A stretch of DNA of 64,000 nucleotides from Octopus sinensis (lineage: Eukaryota): assembly GCF_006345805.1 (NCBI RefSeq), contig NC_042999.1, positions 174,220,001-174,284,000 of the forward strand, given 5' to 3'. Of this stretch, positions 12,703 through 24,300 are shown in pieces. Position 1 is the stretch's first letter, and each line of letters begins with the position of its first letter. A program made the translations under genes and the position numbers. The notes under the pieces are model-generated. The model saw only the letters and a program-made list of their open reading frames with translations. It had not been told where the DNA came from and searched no databases.

Positions 12703-13520
12703 TCTATATATTACTACGCTAAGGCCAAAATGCATTAAGCTGTCACGTGACTAGTTGAAGGGAAAAGCAAAGAGCGAGAGAGAAAGAGAGAAAGGGAAGT
12801 ATCAACAACGTGAGGTAAGGGGAACGTAATATCTATTACGTGGTTAAAAAGTTAGTTGTAGAGTGTAATATAGAGAAAAGGAGTTAGAAATACAATGTTT
12901 AGCAGAGGGGTGACATTCTGGTGGTGCAATTAAAGAAAGGCAAATAGACAGAGGTAAAAAGAGAGCGAGAAAAAGAGAGTGAGAGTGAGTGAGTGAGTGA
13001 GTGAGTGAGTGGAGAAAGAAAAGGAGGAGAGAGAAGTGACCATGACGTGTGGCAAGGGGAACCCAATATTTAGTACGTGGTTAAAAAGTGCAATTATATA
13101 TCGTCTACTCGCTTGAAAATTGATATTTGCTCATAAAACATGGTTGACAGACGATGTAAACTAACAAAAGAAAGAATATACAATGGTGTAAAGAGAAGCA
13201 GAGGGTCGAATCGCTAAAACAAGCATGGCTGTATCAGCGTGTAGCAGGAAAATTTTGAATGAAAGAATATAGAGTGAGCTTTTACAACAGATAAGGGAGC
13301 GTGTTCAAGATACAATATAAAATGAAAATGAGAGAGAACGTCAAAAGAACTGTAAACCTCTGGAGGAAAGTTTCGACATTGGCAACATGAATATTCTTTG
13401 TAATAATTGTGAAGCTCTTAGATTTATAAATGGTCCTCTGAAATGCTGAGAGAATGGGAAAATCATGTTCTTTCAATTACAGCCTTAGTCAGAAGTAAAA
13501 GGTGTTCTTAAATGAAAATA
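12703..13520 (+). mobile_element. Helitron 5' remnant
   Basis: Candidate TC start (TCTATATATTAC) at 12703; 13378-13467 translates IGNMNILCNNCEALRFINGPLKC*ENGKIM, matching the Helitron N-terminal GxMxxxCxxCxA..CCxxGK motif. Confidence 0.65.
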
Positions 13521-13599
13521 ATGCAGAATATACAATTTATAAAGGAACATTAAGTTTTATAGCTCTGAATAAACCTACATCCATCTAAACAAAATCCCA

Positions 13600-15420
13600 C
13601 GAGCACTGCTAGTTAATTATAAATATTATAAATTTAATTTATTACAGAAACTGTTCGACTGTTTTACCTATTACCTTATACTTTGTAATTTTCCCTGTCT
13701 TATGTATTAATATGATACGTCAATAATATTCCGTTCTAATATTTCTTTCATTTGTGTGCGATGTACTTTATCTAGTTTATTATTTTCTCAGTCTTCGAAA
13801 GCTGTTTGGTGTCATTCTCTTATCTCTTGCTTCATTTTCACACAGTATGAGAGTAATTTTATTCATAGTTTTGTCGGTAACTGTGTCTAACAATGTTTCC
13901 AATTGTTTCACTACATATATTCATGCAAAACAAACCTTTACTAATGTACAATCTCTTTACTGCACAGCTTCCTTACTCATGGACAAAATTCAAATTAATT
14001 CACTAAAACCTTTACAATTTCTCGTGTCTTTTTGTGATGATCACACAACTTCACCATAACCAAAACAGCGTCTCAAGCACTAAACTTCCTCATTAGGCAT
14101 CCTATCAGTTCCAGTTTAGCCTGAATGCTGCGCGAATTAATAGTACATATTACGCTTGTAATATTGTCTTAAATAACAGCATTCCGGTTGTCGAACATGA
14201 TCCGAATTTGTTACACAACAATATGAATCATATCATGCGCCGTTAGTTATCCACCCAGCTGCTTTTGATAACGATCGTGTGTAGTTTATTCAGGCAATGT
14301 TTTGTCTGCTGAGATGGAAATGCCTCTAAGAAGGAACTTTTGTGTGTCATATTCACAACAACATCTGATAGGCTTGCTTTCTTTTTTTTTTTCGCAAGTT
14401 CATTTTGTTCAGTAATGTTCAAAATGATTGTAGTTCCATGACTATTAAACACTCTCTGGAATATGTTTCCTGTGAATTTTGTAATAGTACACTTTCCAGT
14501 GAATTACATTGTTTGTCACTCTGGTGAATTTTTTTAATCAGGTAGGTTTTACCAAGCCTTAGTATTCTTAAATAAGAAGATTGTGTTTTCTTTAACTCAT
14601 ATTGTCAACAATATTCACTTAACTTTTTTATAGCAGTCACTGATTTTTTTTCTTCTATTATCTACAGAACTTTTCCGGCAAAACAGAATACATGAAAAAC
14701 GCATGGACAGAACATAATTGTCTCGGCCTTAACTCCGAGCCAATGAAATCCCTCTTGCTGGTCACTGTTTTTGTGTTTTTTGTTTCTTTTTTTTTTATCT
14801 AATTAGTTTCTACTTTGTAATTTTTATTCTGTATATATACAGACAGGAAGAGAGGGGGAGACAAACAAACAAAGAGAATTATTTTTTTTGCTAGTGTTGC
14901 TTTACTCCCTAATCAGTTTTCCGTTTCTTAGTTACAAGTATTTTTGTAAACTCATATTAGTGGAATATTGACGTCGCTATAACCAACCTTTCTTGTCTCT
15001 TAAGTCTGTAACTGTTTTTTAATATTAACCTGACCCGTCTGTAGTAATTATTTTCTAATATTCTCTTTCATTTCTGTATGATGTATCTTTCCAGGATCAT
15101 TTATTTCTTAGTATTTGTATGAGTAATTTAGTACTAATTATCTGATCACAATGTCTAAATCTAATTTAATATTCTTATTTTTAATTAATTTGCTTCTTTT
15201 TACCACAGTTTTGGCACACATAGTGAATACTATATTCATTTTTAAATATACAACTGAATACAGATCTGTTTAGCTTGAATGTGTGCAATGTTTTATGTCG
15301 CTTATTTCTTACTTCATAATACACATGAAGTATTCTATGCAATATGTATGCAATGCTTATAATTCCTGGAATCTGGGTTATGCAACATTTTAATCATTCT
15401 AATGCATCTGCCACGGTGGC
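13600..15420 (-). mobile_element. Decayed R4/Dong-like RT remnants (at least two overlapping fragments)
   Basis: KMKENIRK-YYRRVRLILK near 15000-15090 and QMKEILER near 13750 resemble the post-RT region of RLE retrotransposons; boundaries approximate. Confidence 0.45.
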
Positions 15421-15834
15421 TATTGATTATCTTTATTTCAATTATTCATCGTTATTTTATTGATATTTTCTCCATTTCTTTTGGTATACCTGACTGTTTG
15501 TTAGGAAAAAATATCTTTATCAATAGTCCGGGCCATTAATTCTCTGATAGTCTGGACAACAAAATCCAGAATTGACACATTACACAGTATTGTCAGTTTG
15601 TCATTCTCTGAGGCGTTTTATTGTATTTAATAAAGCAACATCATGGAACATCATATTGTTGCTTAATTGTAATACATGGCAGCTCAGGCTCTAGCATTGC
15701 AGAGTCGGATCTACAGTTAAAGTTGATGCCTTCGATGTTGCTTGCCTTACTGTAAGCTCTATGGTATCGTGCCCACCCATTTCTGGCATCCTATGAGTCG
15801 ATGAGCCTGGATTCTAATGATTCCTTATGACTAA

Positions 15835-15874
<40 letters not shown>

Positions 15875-15970
15875 TGTGTGTGTGTGTGTGTCTATGTGTG
15901 TGTGTGTAGTCAATAAAACATATATCAGAAAAGAAGCACACTCTAAAACAAAAAGTTAAATTCTGGCCAT

Positions 15971-16032
15971 AGAGTTACCAAAGGTTTCGTATCCACGAAA
16001 GCCACAGCCTTGTGGACAGCTCATCAAACTCT
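15971..16032 (-). ncRNA. Type-I hammerhead ribozyme motif (C3U variant)
   Basis: AGAGU-UUGAUGA-[32-nt stem II]-GAA-ACC-UUU-GGU-A-ACUCU; perfect 5-bp stem I, triplet GUA. Confidence 0.8.
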
Positions 16033-16715
16033 GTACAAAGACAAAAAAGTTAAACTTTCTACGAGGCGGACGTGAGGAAACACTCAGATATCGAGATTTA
16101 ATGGCTAACGTATGAAAACATTAATGAGGACGGATTATCTCCCCTTTATTAGAGGATGAAAAGCCCTTACAGACCCAACATAGCCTAATTAGCAAACGGG
16201 GAGATCTAATATTCCAGTAGTAACACTTGAAATGGACACATTTAGAGAAAACTTCTTAACGACTATTCAACGCGCCAGATTTAGCATAGTCCTTAAGAAT
16301 TTTAATTCTCTCCGCAATACAGATTTTGCCACAACAACTACCATTAATATATGGGCCTGGATGAGCCATTATTTTCCGCCTGATATCACATGGGGTCTCT
16401 TGATCTTTGATGTGCCACACATAGCTGGCCAGAAACGTGACAAAACGTCTTTCTGGGTCTCTGAAGGATGACTGGTGGCTGCGGAAGCAACGTTTGAAAG
16501 ATGTAGTGGCCGATCCGATATATTTACAAACTTGGGAAGTGGCTATACGCACTCCTGGTATATCTCTGGTAGGATCCGGGCCTGGGAATGCTATTGGTAA
16601 CACCGTTGCAGACGCTGTCGATATGGCGCGATGATCCAGCGGTGTTATCGCCGTGGTTATCGTTTCTGGTCATATGGTTGGCCATGTAGCATCCGGCGTT
16701 AGTGTGGGTGCGGCT

Positions 16716-17021
16716 GGTGGTAACATATGATGTGGGGCCGGTCAACTCATCGGTGTCGATGATAATTGTTTGGTCATAGTCTGTGGTGGTAGTACTGGGG
16801 ACGCCGGATACCTCCTCTGTGTCACTGGTCCTAGATTGGTCATCATCTCTAAGTGTGGCGATTGTACTGGTGGTAACATATGGTGCGGCCCTGATCACTC
16901 TATTGGTTTCGATAATAACGGTTTGTTCATGATCTGTGGTGGTGACACTGGGGCTGTTTGTTACCTCCTCTGTGTCGCTGGTTCCGGGTTGGTCATCATC
17001 TCTGGCTGTGGCGATTGTACT
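16716..17021 (-). repeat. 2 x 153-bp (51-codon) tandem repeat inside the PLE endonuclease region
   Basis: STIATARDDDQPGTSDTEEV... and STIATLRDDDQSRTSDTEEV... in ORF 16524..17066; ATTGTACTGG anchors at 16861 and 17014. Confidence 0.92.
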
Positions 17022-17628
17022 GGCGTGAAACTCGGTTAATCTGCTATTATTTGTTGGATGGCGCATTGCTGATAATGCGGATAGCAGGTCTAGGTGTCAC
17101 CGTAGCTTCATAGATGACTCCTTCGGCCTCGCATAGGCCTCCTACTGGACAGTTATTGTATACTCTGCAGGAGCAACTTGCCTCCTTTCTTGTATTGTGG
17201 GTGCTTTTTAAAATGCTTTTTTATGTTAGCTACATAACTAAAGGAGACTCTTCAATTGTGCCTGTTAAATAATTGCCTTATCTATGTGTGCGAGTGAAAT
17301 GTTTATCTATTAATCTGAAGAAAAACCTTCCCACATAAGTCATGACGTTGAGCGAGATGGGTGGAGTAAACCAAACGACGTTTCTGCGACGTCTCCTTTT
17401 CCGGGTTATAAGGCCTGACATGTAGGAGATGGGGCCCTTAAACCCACACGATGCCAGTGCCTCATTGTAGTAGGGGGCAGTGGCGTCGAAGATATCTTGG
17501 TCAGAGAATAGATTCGAGATCCTCTTGCTTATACCCCTCACTAGGGTCTTAAAAACTATCTTGAATACGAAATCTTTGATAACTCTATGACCAGAATTTA
17601 ACTTTTTATTTTAATATATATGTGGATA

Positions 17629-17790
17629 GGCGCAGGAGTGGGTGGGTGTTAAGTAGCTTGCTTACTAACCACATGGTTCCGTGTTTAGTCCCACTACGTG
17701 GTAACTTGGGCAAGTGTCTTCTACTATAGGCTCGGGCTGACCAAAGCCTTGTGAGTGAATTTGGTAGACGGAAACTGAAAGAAACCCGTC

Positions 17791-17873
<83 letters not shown>

Positions 17874-18110
17874 TATATGCATGTATATGTGTGTGTATGT
17901 GTCTGTGTATGTTTGTGTGCCTGTGTTTGTACCTCCAACATCGCTTGACAACCGATGTTGGTGTGTTTACGTCACCCGTAACTTAGTGGTTCGGCAAAAT
18001 AGACCGATAGAATAAGTACTAGGCTTACAAAGAATAAGTCCTGGGGTCGATTTGTTCGACTAAAGGCGGTGCTCCAGCATGGCCGCAGTCAAATGACTGA
18101 AACAAAAGAA
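17629..18110 (+). mobile_element. SINE family B, full length, with expanded internal (TA)n
   Basis: Head GGCGCAGGAGTGG, CORE-like TTGGGCAAGTGTCTT, internal (TA)n/(TG)n, tail GGCGGTGCTCCAGCATGGCCGCAGTCAAATGACTGAAAC. Confidence 0.93.
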
Positions 18111-18111
18111 T

Positions 18112-18181
<70 letters not shown>

Positions 18182-18334
18182 TGAATGTATGTATGTATAC
18201 GTATGTGTGTATGTACATACATACATGCATGCATGCATGCGTACATACATGCATGCATGCATGCGTACATACGTGCATGCATACATACATACATACATAC
18301 ATACATACAGACAGACAGACAGACAGACAGACAG
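18111..18334. repeat. Compound (TA)/(TATG)/(CATG)/(CATA)/(CAGA) microsatellite
   Basis: Direct. Confidence 0.95.
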
Positions 18335-20125
18335 AACAAACGCTGGATTGTCAGAAACAACATGATTTATTATTTCTTCACAGCCTCCATAGATTCTACT
18401 GTTATAATTTTGTATCCTACTCCATTATATATTTTGCTAGTTTTGCTTTTTTGTCCTTGTCGGAAAGCTTTGGTCTTGTCCTTGTCAAAAATCATTCGAT
18501 TTCAGTCTTTCCTCCTTTCTGCAGTCTAACCATGCATTCCCCATGTAAGACTTAGTTTGATATACTTTAGTAATATGTCATCTTGGATTTTTAGTTTTAG
18601 CAATTTCTCTCTTTTTTTCTCCTCCTCACGTCTGTCTACTAACTCGGCCTCTGTTGGTTTCACTGAGGACAGAAAACCACTTTTAGCTTTTTATTTTACT
18701 CAAAATTGTAATTATTTTTATTGATTTCCCTTTATTTATTGTGCTTCCTTTTTTCTTTGTTCATAGAGTACATATCTTGTAATAATTGTATAGTTGCGGA
18801 AGACTCATATCATCCTATATCTGAGGTAAATGTAGCCTTCTTGTTTCGGATTTTGGGTCGGGCATACAAAATGCAGTCATTGCTTTTATTTTCTTTTTAA
18901 TTTAGACTTAATACAGTTTGGAATAATACAACTAATTTATTACAACAACAGTTAAAACATTAATGCCAATTAGTTTGTATTTTGCATGAAATTCTGTTTT
19001 ATGTGATAATACAATGTGCCTTTTCCCTAAACTTCTTTTTTGTGTGTAATTAATTTGTAAGTCTATGCGAAGTATATTTATACCTGGCCCTCTGCCTAAC
19101 ATGATAATAATGATATTTTTAAATTTTCTTCTCGTCGGCTTTGCTTTACTGAATATCATATAAATCTATGTAATATCTCTAACAGTGTACCCACTACTTT
19201 ATCTGCAGTGTAAAAGTTTGTAATCCAAAACAAATTATGCCAAGCTGTCCTTCCATAACATTTGTATCTGTGTACCAATGTATTTGAATTTGCCTGGGTT
19301 AGCTCTTGGTTAAAAATGCAAAATCACCTAGATTCATAAAAATGTTATGGAAGGGCATTCAAACATAAAAGTATATGTAGAAAAGTAGTCTCATCGGCAA
19401 ATTCATCTGGTAGAAATGGGATTTATTTTTACAATTCCCTTTTTTGTTTTTATTCGGCGAATTGTTTGCCGTATATTCTTTATTTTTACTATTGCTACAT
19501 TACCTAACTCTAATGTTTCCAGAATCTATATGTAAGAGATGCTGCCCAAACACTTTCTTGCTGTCAAATCATGTCATTCTCAGTCTTTCGTTTATGACTT
19601 TACAACCATATGAAACCATTTGGGGTATTTGTATTCTTCTCAGAGTGATTTGTTGTTTGCAGTTACGTCTTTTAAGCTGCAAATAGGCGAGTTATGGCTT
19701 TGTACTTGGGTAATGGAGGTTGCTTCTTCTACTCTTAAAGAGTAAAATAATTTTACAGTTTGTAAACCAGCCGGGTGTTGTTTCTGGTTCTTTAAATCAG
19801 CCACTGAATGTTCCGTGCGTATCGTTGCATTCTATGCGTACGTTTGTGTGTGTGTACGCATGAGTGTTTGTCAGTGTGGGACCTCTGTGTGTGTGCGTGT
19901 GTGTGCGCGCGCGAGCATGTGTAGATATGTAGGTTGAATCTACCTGGAAATTGTGTTCACACGTGGTGACCGTTTATGTGAATGCAATACATTTCCTGTG
20001 TCAAGTAAAACACAATAAAATAACACTAATAAGTTACTGTATTACTTACACGGGTGTCCTTCACGCTTTTCATATTTTTTCGGACATTTTTTCTTTGTTA
20101 TTCATTGACACTGGATCTTCGGAAG

Positions 20126-20133
20126 AAGAAATG

Positions 20134-20164
<31 letters not shown>

Positions 20165-20405
20165 TGATGGTGGTGGTGATGGTGATGATGATGATGATGT
20201 GATTATGATGAGGAGGAGGAGGAAATGATTATGAGGAAATGATGATGGTGTTGGTGTTGGTGCTGTTGGTGCTGGTGATCATGATGACGATGGTGATGAC
20301 GATGATGATGATAATGATGTTGAAGACGACGATGATGATGATTGTGATGATGTTGACGACAACGATGATGGTGACGATGCTTATATGAGGATTATGATGA
20401 TGGTA
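20126..20405. repeat. Mosaic triplet repeat (GAT/GGT/GAG/GAC)
   Basis: Direct low-complexity tract. Confidence 0.9.
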
Positions 20406-20439
20406 ACATATATGTATAGGCACGAAGTTAGAAATAAAG

Positions 20440-20590
20440 TATTTGGCTAGTGCTTTGTTTTATCGAGGCCCGGCGGGAGAATGAAGACAAACTCAACCTC
20501 GTTGGAATTTGAACTTTGGAATGTAAAGGGTCGTGGAATACCGCAAGGCATTTTGTATGATTCTACTAATTCTGTCAAATGATTCGCCAT
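20440..20590 (-). mobile_element. Degraded SINE family A fragment
   Basis: GAATGAAGACAAACTCAACCTCGTTGGAATTTGAACT resembles the family A body. Confidence 0.6.
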
Positions 20591-21535
20591 CTGCTTCTAT
20601 AACCGAAGTATTAAGACAACTACTCTAAATGTTGTAATGGTTGTTGTAGTCGTGGTGCTAGAGGCAGAAGCGGCGGTGGTGGCGGCGGCTGTGGTGGTAG
20701 CGGCGGCGGCGGTTGTAGTAATAGTAGTGTTCCAACTGTTGATGATTCCACCACCACTCCATGCTGGTGGTGAAAGTGGTTAAATTAGCGATAGTGATGT
20801 GACTATGACGGAACCATCCACTCATGTCCCCTCTATACTGCTGTTACTGTTCTAGCCAATTGTGCTACCGTGTTACAGCTACGTGAATCAAAAAAGGTAA
20901 AACTTGGAAATTCTTCGTTGAAGGTGACTATATTCCTTTCATCTTGTCACCTTTCCCGTTATTGTTGCTTTTGCTATTTTTGTTGTTAAATATATTTTTT
21001 TGTTTGTTTGTTTCAGTATCTACGAATTGCTTCGAAGCTGAAGACACCGAATTCTTATTTTTCTTCTGATGCAATCTATCGTTGCCATGGCTACATTAGT
21101 GATGTTACTACTAAACCAGATGCTTGACATGTACATTTCTCTGACCATCTCTCTGTCACTCTATTTCACTCTATTTTTCTCTCTCCCTTTCTCCTCCTCT
21201 CTCTTTCTCTCTCTTTCCCTCCCTCTCTTTCTCTCTCTCTCTCTCACTCTCTCTTTTCGGTGACACTCTTTTTCACTCCCCGTGTATTATATTTGGCACC
21301 AGTGAATGTTATAAATATTACTATTTCTTCATAGGATTTGTCTCTTGAGAAAACCAAAAGTTTGTAAATACAAAATTTTAAAACAGGTGTTGCTTCTCGA
21401 ATTGAAAAAAAATCAAGTAAATGGAAAGTGTCGCTAAAAGAAAACAAGTTCCCAATACGGGTGACAACTGTGAAAAAAATTACAGAGCCAAGATGCACCA
21501 TGCATGTCTCTCCGATTTAATAATAATAATAATAA

Positions 21536-22075
<540 letters not shown>

Positions 22076-22090
22076 TAATAAAAATAATAA

Positions 22091-22302
22091 TCCTTTCTAT
22101 TATAGGCACAAGGCCTGAAGTTTTGTGGGACGGAACTAGTCGATTACATCGACCCCAGTGCGTAACTGGTACTTAATTTATCGACCCCGAAAGGATGAAT
22201 GGCAAAGTCGACTACGGCGGAATTTGAACTCAGAACGTAAGGACGGACGAAATACCGCTAAGTATTTTGCCAGTGTGCTAATGATTCTGCCAGCTCACCG
22301 CT
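22091..22302 (-). mobile_element. SINE family A, tail type 2
   Basis: Same head and body as 1214-1450, but tail ...AACTTCAGGCCTTGTGCCTATAATAGAAAGGATTA. Confidence 0.9.
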
Positions 22303-22303
22303 T

Positions 22304-22309
22304 TAATAA

Positions 22310-22387
<78 letters not shown>

Positions 22388-22437
22388 AAGAAGAAGAAGA
22401 AGAAGAAGAAGAAGAAGAAGAAGAAGAAGAAGAAGAA
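22304..22437. repeat. (TAA)n-(GAA)26 compound microsatellite
   Basis: Direct; GAA run 22360-22437. Confidence 0.97.
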
Positions 22438-22775
22438 ATGCCCTGATGCAGTACCAGGCAGTGGCTCTCATGGCTTCTTATCTTAAATGATTGTGAGTGC
22501 CATCATGTACATTGCTTTGTCTTGATATAAAAGATGGGCTACAGCAAATATTCTGCTCAGTACCAGAGATTTTCTTATCAGTTGTTTTACCTTCAGCAGT
22601 TGAACATCTCCCTTAGTGGCTGACAATATCATGAGCAGAAGTAGTGGGGGAGCATCATAACCATATCTTGAGAAGAATTCTTTGGGGTTTGAATAAATCA
22701 CCTCTGAGAACATGAGAGTTTCGTTCAACATCCTTAAACAACCCTTATTCAGGGACCTTTTGAGTAGGATGTCTG
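22438..22775 (+). mobile_element. Dong-associated non-coding module (ATGCCCTGATGCAGTACC...), partial
   Basis: Homologous to the reverse complement of 61130-61397 and 63502-64000. Confidence 0.8.
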
Positions 22776-22939
22776 CTGAATATAGATATTTTTAACTATT
22801 CATTTCATTACCCACATGCAGATCGTGACCACATGAGCCACGAGTAATGTGCACCAACAATTATCATTAGACGTCATGAGCACAGACAAAAGGGAGAATT
22901 TTAAAAACTAAAGTCATTTCTATTAGAAGAACAATAATG

Positions 22940-23290
22940 CAACTTCTCACCAGTCTTCTTCTCGCTGATGCTAACATCTGTAGCTAACATATTAAGCCAA
23001 TCTGGACTTGGATACAAATTCTATGGGAAGACAATCAACTATCTTTTGTATATGAATGACCTCAAGTCGTACGCTGCTGACAGTAACAGATTACTAGAAG
23101 AACTGACATTAAATTCGGATTAGCGTAAGATGCCAAGGCAACATAAAAGAAAATTAATTAAGAGTACTGATATCATGCTAAATATAATGATAAGAAACAG
23201 AAGCAGATAATGAAACGGAAGAGAATTACACCCAACGTACAAATAGTTCGGAATCAATAAACTAGACGAAGTACAACACAAAGAAACGAA
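22940..23290 (+). mobile_element. R4/Dong-like RT remnant
   Basis: SPVFFSLML..LSQSGLGYKFYGKTINYLLYMNDLKSYA (YMDDLKLYA-like). Confidence 0.7.
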
Positions 23291-23759
23291 ATAATATTAA
23301 TATGATAATAATAGTATTTCGTTAGTACATAGAGTGTGGGGTGCAATACTAACTATTTTTATAATTAAATTTGAAATATTTTATATTTTTCACAATAGTT
23401 GCTCAGATCATTACCATTTAATGAGCATTCTTTGTAAATGTAAAAGTCAACTAAACCAAGTTTTGCTATGCTTGAAGCTACTTAACAACTAAGATACAGC
23501 GCAACTAATATGGAAAAATATAAACCGGAGAATGCGTACCACATTGAACCTTCTCTGTTGGTTCAATTGGACAATATAATTGGCTGAACCAAAAGAGACA
23601 ATCAATGTCATTTATCATTTATCCAAGGATTATCGGATCCACTTCAGGAGAGACGCCCAGCCTTTTATTCAGCTTTAGTCTAAAATAATTCTATTTTATT
23701 GCCCTTCTTATATATATATACGATCTATGATAGTTACCCACCTTTATCTGATCTGGTCT

Positions 23760-24300
23760 CCATGTTCTCTTCCATCGCCATAAACAATGACACTGCTACT
23801 CTAGCCTCTGACCGGTCTTTGCCGTCGAAAGTGATCTCATTTGCTTCTGCTCTGGCTATCCTCAGAGCTGTGAACTGTGATATTCAATAGTAGTAGTAAC
23901 CAAGGACTTCACTTTTCGGGAATGCTGATTCAGTTTTTGCTTCTGTTGCTTTCTTCCGCTCTCTTTTTTGCTTCTCTTTTCTCTTCTGGACAGTAGACTT
24001 TCAAGTCTTCTTTACTATGACACGCACAGCAACTGGGATTGTCCTACAACACCTCTTTAATTGATGTCTTCTCCGTTCCCTTAGCCCTGCAATGTTCGAG
24101 GGTTTATCAGAACTTGGAGATCTATGCCGCCCCCAACGAATCACATGATGTTGCTGGTCACATCCACACACACCACATGCGCACAATATTCGGAAAATGT
24201 GACAAGTCAGGAAACAAGGCACATCCAAATAGCTTTGCAATTCCTTTTTCTTCATTTACTGAAACGTAGTCAAGTGAATGTCGCACAGCTATGCCTAACT
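23760..24300 (-). mobile_element. Possible frameshifted MULE transposase remnant
   Basis: Across frames FSEYCAHVVCVDVT...IPVAV / HSKEDL resembles the MULE CVDxT...GxPVAxxxSxxE pattern; weak. Confidence 0.3.

Larger units (their letters stand above)
15944..17613 (-). mobile_element. 5'-truncated Penelope-like element (RT thumb + GIY-YIG endonuclease + 3' terminus) with inverted terminal copy
   Basis: RGISKRISNL..DIFDATAPYYNEAL..RRRRNVVWFTPP..LIDKHF (17278-17541); NCPVGGLCEAEGVIYEATV (17100-17160); KYIGSATTSFKR..HQSSFR..LASYVWHIKD..LNSR (16256-16530); 49-bp inverted repeat 15944-15992 / 17565-17613 with 4 mismatches. Confidence 0.93.

Noticed and set aside
14669-14806. Acceptor-like TTCTATTATCTACAG followed by a 45-codon frame with a hydrophobic end (NFSGKTEY...VFFVSFFLSN*)
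   Set aside because: No partner exons found, no recognisable homology, hydrophobicity comes from a T-rich tract, and it lies among Dong remnants.
18950-19450. Possible piggyBac remnant (minus strand ADET, ADKSSGYTVR, LGKRHIV)
   Set aside because: Motifs are too short and degenerate, and no TTAA-bounded TIRs were found.
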